Shown here in pieces: positions 9,094 through 17,026 of a stretch of 64,000 nucleotides of DNA. The stretch lies in NCBI GenBank assembly GCA_965248195.1, contig CBDFIQ010000002.1, forward strand, positions 2,880,001 to 2,944,000, written 5' to 3'. The notes below the pieces were generated by a model. That model saw only the letters and a program-made list of their open reading frames with translations. It ran no database searches and had not been told where the DNA came from. This DNA is from Longimicrobiales bacterium. GTDB taxonomy: Bacteria; Gemmatimonadota; Gemmatimonadetes; Longimicrobiales; Gaopeijiaceae. Position numbers and translations under genes: made by a program. Each line of letters starts with the position of its first letter. Within the stretch, counting starts at the first letter, position 1.

Positions 9094-11375
9094 ACCGATA
9101 CCGTCTCGGCGGTCCGAACGTGGTACGAGTGGGCGGCCTCGATAAAGAGTTGGGCCTCTTCAATTCGCTGGCGAGCCCGCTCAGGCGTCGCGTCGAACCC
9201 ATTGCTGCCCTCGCCGTGCACGCGGAACAAATAGTTTCCGAACTTTCCTCCCGCGTAGGGATCGTGGAACAGGCCTGGGTCATAGAGATGGGTCTTGAAG
9301 GCGGCAACCACGTCGTCGGGATCTTCGCCGAGCCCCACCTCTTTCTCGCGCACCAGAGTTCTCGCCGCGATCAGCATCGCACGGTAGGCGATATCGGCTG
9401 CGCCCGTGGAATCCCCTTGATCCAGCCGATCCTGAGCGTCGAAGACCTCGCGCTCGCTGGCCTGAAGGCCGAACTCGACCGGCGAGACGATCTGGCCGGC
9501 ACACTCACCGATGCCCATGTCGCCCAGTGTGAACTCTCGCGGATCCCCCCAATTCGAGTAGAAGCTGCGGTCCTCCTCGTAGGTGGGCACTTCGACCAGA
9601 TCCTCTAGAAGGGTCCTGAGGCTGGGCTTACCCACACGGGTGACGAAGGCCTTGAAGCTCTCATCCCCCTCGCGCTCATCAACGTAATACTGGGTGATCC
9701 TGTCCGTGGCGGCCGGGATGTTCCGCCCCGGCACGGCGACAATGGCCAGACCATACGCTCCGGCGTTCTCGGCCCATTGGCCGCCCAGCACGATCTGGAA
9801 GTGCGGCACGTTGTATCCGTTGCGCTTTCGGCTCACGCCCCAGAAACCGATGTCCGCCATATGATGCTGCCCGCAACTGTTGAAGCACCCGCTGATCTTG
9901 ATGCGCAACCCCCGCACCACTTCATCCAACTCCCCGTTGCGCTCCTCCAAGTGCTCCATGAGCGTACGCGCCAGACCACGCGAGGATGCGATGCCGAGCT
10001 TGCACGTGTCCGTCCCGGGGCAAGCCGTGATGTCCGTGAGCGTCTCCGCCCGCGCCTCTGCGAGACCGAGCTCGTCCAGGGCGTCGTGTAGAGCGGCGAG
10101 GTCGCTCTCCCGCACCCAGCGAAAAGCCATGTTTTGCTCGACGGTCATTCGGACCGCGTCGCCGGTAAAACGCCTCGCCACGTCCGCGAGGCCCCGCATC
10201 TGATCGGCCGTGATATCACCGAGAGGCAGGTAGACCATGACCACCTTGTAACCCGGCTGCCTCTGCGGGGCCACGTTGGAAGCCAGCCACGCCGCCAACT
10301 GTGGACTCGGCGTGAGCTTGTTCGGCTCCTCGATTTGCCAGAGCGGCCCATCATGACCCTCGTGGACACCTGGAAGGAAGGCGGTCCACCGGGGATCTTC
10401 GGACAGCCCCGCGCGGTCCTCCAGGACGAGGCGCCGGAACTCCTCGATGCCGAGCTTCGCGACGAGGAACTTCAAGCGGGCGCGGGACCGAACATCTTTT
10501 TCCCCCAGACGAGCGAACACTCGAGAGATCGACTGACAGATCGGAAGCAGCTCCTCTTCGGGCAGAAACTCGTCGAACAGCTCCGCCTGGTGAGGAACGG
10601 CCCCCAGGCCTCCGCCGACATAGAACTCGAATCCACGCCGCTCTACCCCAGCCACCTCCCGAACTCGGGCGATTCCACCGAAGTCGTGCATCTTGACGAG
10701 TCCGCAGGGACGGTCGCCACATCCGGAAAAAGCGGGCTTCACCTTTCTTCCGAACTCCTGAGTATCCGGGTGTCCGAGAAGGAAATCGCTGACGGCGGTG
10801 GCGTAGGGGGTGACATCGAACGTCTGTGTCGTGCAGACTCCCGAGAGGTGGCAAGCGGTAACGTTTCTTACGACGTTGCCGCACGCCTCAAGGGTCGTGA
10901 TCCCCACAGCGCCCAGCCGCCGCATCAGATCCGGGGTTTCTTCGAGGTGCACGAAGTGCAACTGGATGTCTTGCCGCGTCGTTACGTGTAGGATCGCGTC
11001 CGCATACTCCTCGGAGACCTCCGCCAGCGCGTCCATCTGATCGGCACTGACCGAACCGAACGGATTCTTGATACGCACCATGCCCGGCGCATCCCACTGC
11101 GTACCCGGGCCCTTGGTGAGCTCGGCGTTCGGGAAGACCAGTTCCCTCGAGTTAAACCCATCGTGGCGCTGGCCGTTGTCGTACCGCTGGCCGTAAACGC
11201 CCCGGCGTAGGCGCATCTCCGCGAAGACCTCATCAGTCAGTTTTCCCTCGCGCTTCTGCTCTATCTGTCCCTCGAAGGCATCGATCTCACGCGAAAGCTT
11301 GTCGCCGACAAGCGATCCGAGCCTTCCCTTCCACTGCCGTGGCTCCGAGGTCTCAAGCTTACCGTTCGTAGTCAT
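9090..11375 (-). CDS. Siroheme/[4Fe-4S] sulfite (or nitrite) reductase with a C-terminal extension (HEPN-like)
   Basis: RLRRGVYGQR, HVTTRQDIQLH, ACGNVVRNV, ACPGTDTCKLG and SGCFNSCGQH ligand motifs. Upstream Cys leaders favour sulfite as substrate. Confidence 0.9.
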   Translation of the reverse strand: MTTNGKLETSEPRQWKGRLGSLVGDKLSREIDAFEGQIEQKREGKLTDEVFAEMRLRRGVYGQRYDNGQRHDGFNSRELVFPNAELTKGPGTQWDAPGMVRIKNPFGSVSADQMDALAEVSEEYADAILHVTTRQDIQLHFVHLEETPDLMRRLGAVGITTLEACGNVVRNVTACHLSGVCTTQTFDVTPYATAVSDFLLGHPDTQEFGRKVKPAFSGCGDRPCGLVKMHDFGGIARVREVAGVERRGFEFYVGGGLGAVPHQAELFDEFLPEEELLPICQSISRVFARLGEKDVRSRARLKFLVAKLGIEEFRRLVLEDRAGLSEDPRWTAFLPGVHEGHDGPLWQIEEPNKLTPSPQLAAWLASNVAPQRQPGYKVVMVYLPLGDITADQMRGLADVARRFTGDAVRMTVEQNMAFRWVRESDLAALHDALDELGLAEARAETLTDITACPGTDTCKLGIASSRGLARTLMEHLEERNGELDEVVRGLRIKISGCFNSCGQHHMADIGFWGVSRKRNGYNVPHFQIVLGGQWAENAGAYGLAIVAVPGRNIPAATDRITQYYVDEREGDESFKAFVTRVGKPSLRTLLEDLVEVPTYEEDRSFYSNWGDPREFTLGDMGIGECAGQIVSPVEFGLQASEREVFDAQDRLDQGDSTGAADIAYRAMLIAARTLVREKEVGLGEDPDDVVAAFKTHLYDPGLFHDPYAGGKFGNYLFRVHGEGSNGFDATPERARQRIEEAQLFIEAAHSYHVRTAETVSV

Positions 11376-11470
11376 CGGGTTCCCTTTTCCACTCCCATTC
11401 TATTCAAGCATCCAAGTAGCTGGCGCTCCGCTATCGGTTTCAGCATGCTGTTTTCCATAGATTGTGACCC

Positions 11471-11502
11471 AAAAAAAGCCGCGACCCTCGAGGGGCCGCG
11501 GC
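11471..11502 (-). terminator. Intrinsic terminator of the proximal attenuator
   Basis: Minus strand GCCGCGGCCC-CTCGA-GGGTCGCGGC followed by T7. Confidence 0.88.
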
Positions 11503-11526
11503 GTCCGCCTGAGTCTTCGCTTCTCG

Positions 11527-11610
11527 TCAACGACTCGTCGGAACGCGCCCCTCTCTAGGCGTGACCAGGCAACAACAACAGCAACAACACATGGCCGTCA
11601 GTGGAGTCAT
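11527..11610 (-). CDS. Poly-cysteine leader peptide MTPLTAMCCCCCCCLVTPREGRVPTSR (proximal attenuator)
   Basis: ATG 11610 with GAGG upstream; seven consecutive Cys codons TGT TGT TGC TGT TGT TGT TGC (11589-11569); TGA 11529-11527; GAGGGGCGCGTTCCG is complementary to the terminator 5' arm. Confidence 0.85.
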   Translation of the reverse strand: MTPLTAMCCCCCCCLVTPREGRVPTSR

Positions 11611-11702
11611 TTCCCAAGCCTCGAGATTTTCAGGGAACCGCACGTTTCGTATACCTCGTCCTAAGTTTGGGAATTACATACCTGAGTGCCCAAACCGCCG
11701 TG

Positions 11703-11834
11703 TCACTTCTTGTCCGGCGGTGACCTGAGGATAGCCTTCGCGACGTTCTCCGGGGTGTCCGGTATCTTCCGTTGCTGCGTATTGATGTCGTAGTCGTGCT
11801 TCGGCGGCCTGCCGGGCTTCTTCTTGTCTGTCAT
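11703..11834 (-). CDS. Small basic 43-aa protein at the IS end (MTDKKKPGRPPKHDYDINTQQRKIPDTPENVAKAILRSPPDKK)
   Basis: Manual translation; starts 12 nt after the endonuclease stop with AGAAGGG upstream; ends just inside the TIR; AT-hook-like KPGRPPK. Confidence 0.55.
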   Translation of the reverse strand: MTDKKKPGRPPKHDYDINTQQRKIPDTPENVAKAILRSPPDKK

Positions 11835-11846
11835 GTCGTGGCCCTT

Positions 11847-12806
11847 CTATACGGCGTGAATGGTGGCGAATGGTGGTTTGTCCTTCAGCTTCCTCGTCAT
11901 AGACGCCAACGACGGAAGATGCGGCGTGCCCAGAATCTCCAGCCAACACCGCCGGTCTCCGTTCCTTGCACGAATCGGGCCTGCATAAAGCGCGAGTGGT
12001 CCGTTCAAATCCGCTACGATCATGTTGACTTCATCAGGCGTCCAGCCTGGCGAAGTCAGATCGTCTAGTGGCAACACGGTTTGTGTACGAATGTATTCCG
12101 CGAGCAAGTCCTGCACGATCCATATAGTGCGACCGCCCCAGCTATTCGCGGCCTCCGACTTGGCGACAAGTTGCGATGCCATACGCGCCCACACTTGCCG
12201 CGTATTGACGCCGGGAGAGCGAACGGCCTCATTGGCTGGCGTATGCGCGAATAGTACAGCCCTCTTGAACGCCGCCTGTATATCGGTGCCCATCTGCCTA
12301 TTCCCACCGGACGTAGAGCACGTCATGACTTCCACGATGATAGGTGCCGAATCGTCCTCCAAGCCTCGCAATACATAATCAAGACGGTAATTGAACGTCC
12401 CGCCACTTCCTTTCTCTCTTAACGAGATTTCCGACCACACAGACACTGGTTCGCCCGCTTGAAAACCCGCGAGGCGAAACACCCGCTTGGCTAGTTCGTG
12501 ATGTTTGGCCGAAATTCCCTGCGGTCCGAACGCGAATAGGCGGTGAGGGCAGATGGCCCAGACCTTGCCCCGTGCGAAGCGAACCGAGCAAATGCCGCAG
12601 GGCAGCCAGCCGCCCGTCTCCGTGCCCACGGAAGACGAAAATAGATGCCCAAGCGACTCATCCGATGACCGTACTCGCGCCATATCTCGATTTCCGCCAC
12701 CATCACAAACAGACTCGGTGAACGGACATCGGGCCTTCCGGCAAGCATCCCCGTCCATGCCGGACTCTTCGAGCGGCTGTCCATACAACTCTTCCACTAC
12801 AGGCAT
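11847..12806 (-). CDS. Type II restriction endonuclease, NotI-like family
   Basis: N-terminal ELYG...CPF...C...CSV...ICPHR metal-binding Cys pattern; PD-(D/E)xK-like LDYVL...IIVEVMT; overlaps the methyltransferase stop. Confidence 0.75.
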   Translation of the reverse strand: MPVVEELYGQPLEESGMDGDACRKARCPFTESVCDGGGNRDMARVRSSDESLGHLFSSSVGTETGGWLPCGICSVRFARGKVWAICPHRLFAFGPQGISAKHHELAKRVFRLAGFQAGEPVSVWSEISLREKGSGGTFNYRLDYVLRGLEDDSAPIIVEVMTCSTSGGNRQMGTDIQAAFKRAVLFAHTPANEAVRSPGVNTRQVWARMASQLVAKSEAANSWGGRTIWIVQDLLAEYIRTQTVLPLDDLTSPGWTPDEVNMIVADLNGPLALYAGPIRARNGDRRCWLEILGTPHLPSLASMTRKLKDKPPFATIHAV

Positions 12807-13831
12807 AGTGTCTCCGCGACGGCCTTCGCCATTGGTGGCGGGACCGCGTTGGCTACTTGGCGATGCTGGTCAAGGTCACGCACGGAACCCGACCTACCAC
12901 GAATGGGGCCAGTAAAGACGTACGTATCAGGAAAGCCCTGTAGGCGCGCCGCCTCTCGGGGCGTGACGTACCTATCATCGGTCGGATGGTAGGGCGCTTC
13001 CCCGCAGCGCAGCGTAGGCGCGAACGACGAACGGTCGAGGCGGCGAAACTTCGTCGTGTCCTTACGTGTGAGCTTCTTGATAATGTCCGGTGGCGCATCA
13101 GGACACTTCGATAACCATAGCCCTTCCGGCACGAAGGATATGCGCTCCCTGTCTCTCGCTGGCGTTATGTCAATGTGGTTCGGCAGTGCCGGGTTTCCAT
13201 CTCGCAGCACGGGGTCTGGCATCTTGCTCAAGGCGTCGCCTACGGTCCGCCGAACCCCGTTTCCCAACGGGAAGTCGAACTGCACATCTTCACCGGGAAG
13301 GAACACAAGAAAAACGCGCTCACGGTTCTGGGGCAGACCATAGTGCAATGCGTTCAGAGTACGAACATGCATCTTGTAGCCAAGCTCTTGAAACTCCGAC
13401 GCGAGCATATGGACGGCCCGCTGTCCATCCGGCATCATCGCTCGCAAGAAATACGGAACCTGCTCTATCATGACGGCCCTGGGGCGGAAGACATCCGTAA
13501 ATCGCACCATGTCGAAAATCAGCATCCCTCGCGGGTCACTAACTCCGTTGCGCTTCCCGATCTGGCTGAACGGCTGGCATGGGGGACCGCCATGGAGAAG
13601 CCCTAGATCGCCTTTACTCATTCCGAGAAGGTCACGCATTCTGTCAGCATCAACCAACCGGACATCGACGTTCCAAACCGTCTTCTTGCGAGCGTTACGC
13701 CTGAGTGTGGTGGCGCAATGCGGATCAAAATCGATGGAGCAAACCGTTTTGAACCCAGCCTGATCCACACCAATGTCCATGCCGCCCGCCCCCGCGAATA
13801 AGCTCACTGCGCTTCCGCGATTCCGCATCAC
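12797..13831 (-). CDS. DNA (cytosine-5)-methyltransferase
   Basis: Motifs I SLFAGAGG, IV GGPPCQPFS, VI IEQV, VIII QNRERVF, IX TPREAARLQGFPD, X QVANAVPP. Confidence 0.93.
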   Translation of the reverse strand: MMRNRGSAVSLFAGAGGMDIGVDQAGFKTVCSIDFDPHCATTLRRNARKKTVWNVDVRLVDADRMRDLLGMSKGDLGLLHGGPPCQPFSQIGKRNGVSDPRGMLIFDMVRFTDVFRPRAVMIEQVPYFLRAMMPDGQRAVHMLASEFQELGYKMHVRTLNALHYGLPQNRERVFLVFLPGEDVQFDFPLGNGVRRTVGDALSKMPDPVLRDGNPALPNHIDITPARDRERISFVPEGLWLSKCPDAPPDIIKKLTRKDTTKFRRLDRSSFAPTLRCGEAPYHPTDDRYVTPREAARLQGFPDTYVFTGPIRGRSGSVRDLDQHRQVANAVPPPMAKAVAETLCL

Positions 13832-14784
13832 GCGACCAGTTCCCGGTAGCGGAGCCGTCCGCCGACCAGCCCACGCGCCACCGCGCCCATCTGGTCCAGC
13901 GTGTCTAGCGGTCGGTCGTTGAAGCGTCCGGCGAACTCCGCGACATAACGGTCCAGATGCTTCGGGCTCATGTGGTGATAGGTGCCGTAGTAGCCGCGCT
14001 TGAGGAGCGCCCAGAACGATTCCACGCCGTTCGTGTGGGCTTGGCCGTTCACGTACTCCCTGACGCTGTGGCGTACCGTAGCGTGCTCGTAGTCGCGGGA
14101 GAGCCCACCGTAGCCGCCATGGTCGTCCGTGTAGACGGTGGACCCGGCCTCGGCGTGGTCGGCAACGAACCCCGTCAGCGTCTCACCGTCTACACGATCC
14201 ACCACGCGAGCGGCTACCTGCTTCGTCTCGCGATTCTTCGCGCCAGCCACGGCGGTCTTGCCAACCGGCCCACGGCCAGCCCGTAGCTTCTTGCTCCCGT
14301 GCTTGTTCCGCTCCTTGCCGCCTATGTACGTCTCATCGACCTCGACGGGACCGGAGAACGGGGCCGGGGCGGTGCGCCACGTCTGGCGGATCCGGTGCGC
14401 CAGATGCCAAGCGGTCTTCTGCGTCACACCCAGATCACGGTGCAGCTTCATGCTGCTGGCTCCCTTAATGCCGGTCGTGAGGATGTAGATCGCGACGGCC
14501 CACACCTGATAGCCGAGCTTCGTGTCTTCCATCGCCGTGCCGACCCGTACGCTAAACCGCTTGCGGCACGACCGGCAACGGTAGGGCATCGTCGGGTGCT
14601 TCGCGCCCATTTGCACGTTATCCGACGCGCAATGCGGGCAGACCGGAGAGCCGCCCCAGCGCTGTTCTGCGAACCACCCTTCGGCAGCTTCGTCGCTCGG
14701 GAATATCCGCATCAACTCCACCCATGACAGCCCTTCGCGCTCCGCCCGTCCGGGGCCGCCGTTGTACTTGCTGTTGCCGCTCAT
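13828..14784 (-). CDS. IS1595-family transposase
   Basis: Zn-ribbon CPHC...YRCRSC, HTH SSMKLHRDLGVTQKTAW, DDE core VEVDETYIGG...VYTDD...NGVESFW. Confidence 0.95.
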   Translation of the reverse strand: MSGNSKYNGGPGRAEREGLSWVELMRIFPSDEAAEGWFAEQRWGGSPVCPHCASDNVQMGAKHPTMPYRCRSCRKRFSVRVGTAMEDTKLGYQVWAVAIYILTTGIKGASSMKLHRDLGVTQKTAWHLAHRIRQTWRTAPAPFSGPVEVDETYIGGKERNKHGSKKLRAGRGPVGKTAVAGAKNRETKQVAARVVDRVDGETLTGFVADHAEAGSTVYTDDHGGYGGLSRDYEHATVRHSVREYVNGQAHTNGVESFWALLKRGYYGTYHHMSPKHLDRYVAEFAGRFNDRPLDTLDQMGAVARGLVGGRLRYRELVA

Positions 14785-14921
14785 CTCTATGCTCCGCAAT
14801 GTGTTATCCTATATTGGTAATATAGTACCCATCACGGAGGGTCGCAAGGGGTTTGGGTACTCAGGTATGTAATCCCCCTAAGTTTCGGGTCTTTCCATTC
14901 CCGGTCTCACCCGGTTCGAAC

Positions 14922-14953
14922 AAAAAAGGCCCTCGGGAAAACCCGGCGGCCTC
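14922..14953 (-). terminator. Second, weaker terminator-like hairpin downstream of the distal attenuator
   Basis: Minus strand GAGGCCGCCGGG-TTTT-CCCGAGGGCC then T6; stem has a 2-nt internal mismatch. Confidence 0.6.
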
Positions 14954-14975
14954 TTGAACTGGAATCCAAACCCAC

Positions 14976-15003
14976 AAAAAAGCCACCGAATGTCTCCGGT
15001 GGC
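14976..15003 (-). terminator. Intrinsic terminator of the distal attenuator
   Basis: Minus strand GCCACCGGA-GACA-TTCGGTGGC then T6. Confidence 0.85.
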
Positions 15004-15031
15004 GTTTCAGGGAACCTCGTCGCGTGTATGC

Positions 15032-15127
15032 CTATACGACGTCTCCCCGATACCCCACCGGGCTCGGACAAGAACATCGGCAACAACAACTCTCGAGCAT
15101 CATGACCCGCATCCTTTTACAACACAT
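15032..15127 (-). CDS. Cys-rich leader peptide MCCKRMRVMMLESCCCRCSCPSPVGYRGDVV (distal attenuator; alternative starts 15112 or 15103)
   Basis: 7 Cys in 31 codons (5 Cys if it starts at 15103, which has AAGGA upstream); TAG 15034-15032; CCGGTGG...GGGGAGAC is complementary to GTTCCCTGAAACGCCACCGG, which overlaps the terminator. Confidence 0.78.
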   Translation of the reverse strand: MCCKRMRVMMLESCCCRCSCPSPVGYRGDVV

Positions 15128-15157
15128 CCGCTTTCTCACACATCCTTCTTAGAAACA

Positions 15158-15185
15158 ACGCTAACCGCCCGAAGTCCCCTGTCAA
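15158..15185 (-). promoter_or_regulatory. Sigma70-like promoter for the distal leader
   Basis: TTGACA (15185-15180), 16-bp spacer, TAGCGT (15163-15158). Confidence 0.6.
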
Positions 15186-15531
15186 GAGATGAGCGAGCCG
15201 GGCAACCGCCTAATGGGCCACGGTGCCGTCGGGTTCCAGACCCTCGATCCGGCATTCCAGACCCTCGATGCGGCCCGGGGTGCGCCCCTTGCTTGTGCAG
15301 AGCTTCTCTAGCGACTCGCGCATCTTCCACCCATAATTGCGCCACGGCAGCGCCGAGGGCGGACCGCCACGGAGGTAGACCACGGTGTTCAGGGGGGGTG
15401 TGTTGACGATCTTCGGCCCGATTCGTGTAAGCGGCTATGCATCCGGAGTCGGACCCTGTCGCTGTACCACGCCCCCTGGAGCGGCCGCCTCGTGTTTACC
15501 CACGACGCCGCACGGGGGGATCGGCTAAGGC

Positions 15532-16950
15532 ATGTCCAACGCGGCCCGGACATCAGGAAAACCGTTCGACCGCTCGATCGTCGAGGGCCCGATCCCGAGT
15601 GTGGTGTGGAAAATCGCCTGGCCGACGATGCTTCAGAACGTGTTGGGCGGAGTCCAGGGCATCGTGGACCACGCCATGGTAGGACACTTCGTTGGCTACA
15701 CCGGGAACGCCGCCATCGGAGTCGCATGGCAAATCTTCCTCGTGGTGATCGTGTTCATCAGCTCTGTCTTCACCGGTATGGGGGTGCTGGTCGCGCGCTT
15801 CGTGGGGGCTCGGGAGCCGGACAAGGTGAACCGGACCGTCTATCAGGCGTTCCTCACCGCCGCCGTCATGTCCATCGCGATCCTGGCGCCGCTGGGATAC
15901 GTCCTGTCGCCATCGCTTCTCGGACTGGTTAACGCCGCCCCCGAGGTGCAAGCGGAGGCCCTCCAGTACCTCCGCATCATGTTCATGTTCAGCTTCGGCA
16001 TGATCGTCTACTTCATGATCGGAGGGGCCCTCAGATCCGCGGGGGACGCACGCACGCCGCTCCGTCTCGGCATCATGCTCACCGCGCTCAACATCACGCT
16101 GAACGTCATTCTCATTCCGGGGTTGGGACCGATCCCGGCATTTGGGACCACCGGCGCGGCCATGGGCACCGTCATCGCGGGAGCCCTGATGGCGGTGGTC
16201 TACGTCTACTTTCTTTTTTCCGGAAAATGGGTCGTGGCCTTTCGCCGCGGCATGAACTGGAGGCCGGACTTCGGGATCATCCGGGAGCTGTTCCGCTTCG
16301 GGCTTCCGACAGGCCTGCAAGGCGTGGCGATGAACGCCGGAGGAGTCATGCTCCTCGCATACATCGGGTCTCTACCCCAGAGCGGTGAAGCCCAGGCCGC
16401 CTACGTGATCAGCTATACCCAACTCTTTTCGCTGATCACCTGGACATCGGCGGGCCTATTGGGTGCAACTGCCGCGGTCTCCGGACAGAACCTGGGTGCC
16501 GGACGACCGGAACGCACGATCGAGGCGGTTCACGTGGCCTCGTGGATCGGGCTGGGGGTGGCCGTGACCGTTGGCGTGCTCTTCCTCACGATACCGCGCG
16601 TCCTCTTGGGGTTCTTTGGAGTGGAAGATCCGCTTGTCACCCAAATGGCCGTCCGTCTGCTCTCATTCTTGAGCGTGTCAGGCCTTTTCATTACCGTCGC
16701 GCTCGCCTACACCGGCGGGCTCCAGGGAACGGGGGATACGCGGAGTCCATTTTACATCTCACTGGTCTCGCAGCTCATCATCCCGATCGGCATCTGCGCC
16801 ATCCTTCAGGCAACCGGGAATCTCCAGGCAACCTACATATGGCTTGCCATCCTGATCGGGCACATGACCCGATGCGCCCTCAGCGTCATCCGTTTCCGGC
16901 AGGGCAAGTGGCGTGACATCAAAGTGAGCATCGAGCCGGTGCGGTCGTAG
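15532..16950 (+). CDS. MATE family efflux transporter
   Basis: KIAWPTML...VDHAMVG, GALRSAGDARTPL, GLQGTGDTRSP; about 12 TM segments. Confidence 0.92.
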   Translation: MSNAARTSGKPFDRSIVEGPIPSVVWKIAWPTMLQNVLGGVQGIVDHAMVGHFVGYTGNAAIGVAWQIFLVVIVFISSVFTGMGVLVARFVGAREPDKVNRTVYQAFLTAAVMSIAILAPLGYVLSPSLLGLVNAAPEVQAEALQYLRIMFMFSFGMIVYFMIGGALRSAGDARTPLRLGIMLTALNITLNVILIPGLGPIPAFGTTGAAMGTVIAGALMAVVYVYFLFSGKWVVAFRRGMNWRPDFGIIRELFRFGLPTGLQGVAMNAGGVMLLAYIGSLPQSGEAQAAYVISYTQLFSLITWTSAGLLGATAAVSGQNLGAGRPERTIEAVHVASWIGLGVAVTVGVLFLTIPRVLLGFFGVEDPLVTQMAVRLLSFLSVSGLFITVALAYTGGLQGTGDTRSPFYISLVSQLIIPIGICAILQATGNLQATYIWLAILIGHMTRCALSVIRFRQGKWRDIKVSIEPVRS

Positions 16951-16971
16951 GAACCGGTGCGGTCGTAGGAA
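16936..16971. repeat. Perfect 18-bp tandem duplication spanning the MATE stop codon
   Basis: ccggtgcggtcgtaggaa x2. Confidence 0.85.
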
Positions 16972-17026
16972 AAGGACGCGCCCCGGGGAGACCGCGGTCA
17001 GAAAGAACAGAGGGCGGGTACGGCCG

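Larger units (their letters stand above)
11669..14877 (-). mobile_element. IS1595-family transporter element carrying a restriction-modification pair
   Basis: TIRs GGGAATTACATACCTGAGTGCCCAAACC (11669-11696) and GGGGATTACATACCTGAGTACCCAAACC (revcomp 14850-14877) match at 26/28; 8-bp TSD CTAAGTTT at 11661-11668 and 14878-14885. Confidence 0.93.

Noticed and set aside
9090..11375. Assignment as nitrite reductase (nirA) or precorrin-3B synthase (cobG)
   Set aside because: Not excluded by motifs alone, but the Cys-rich leaders and the absence of nitrate or corrin-pathway neighbours favour sulfite reduction; gene symbol left blank.
11372..11458. 28-aa minus-strand uORF (MENSMLKP...) overlapping the reductase start
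   Set aside because: No clear ribosome-binding site, no motif and only one Cys; compatible with chance.
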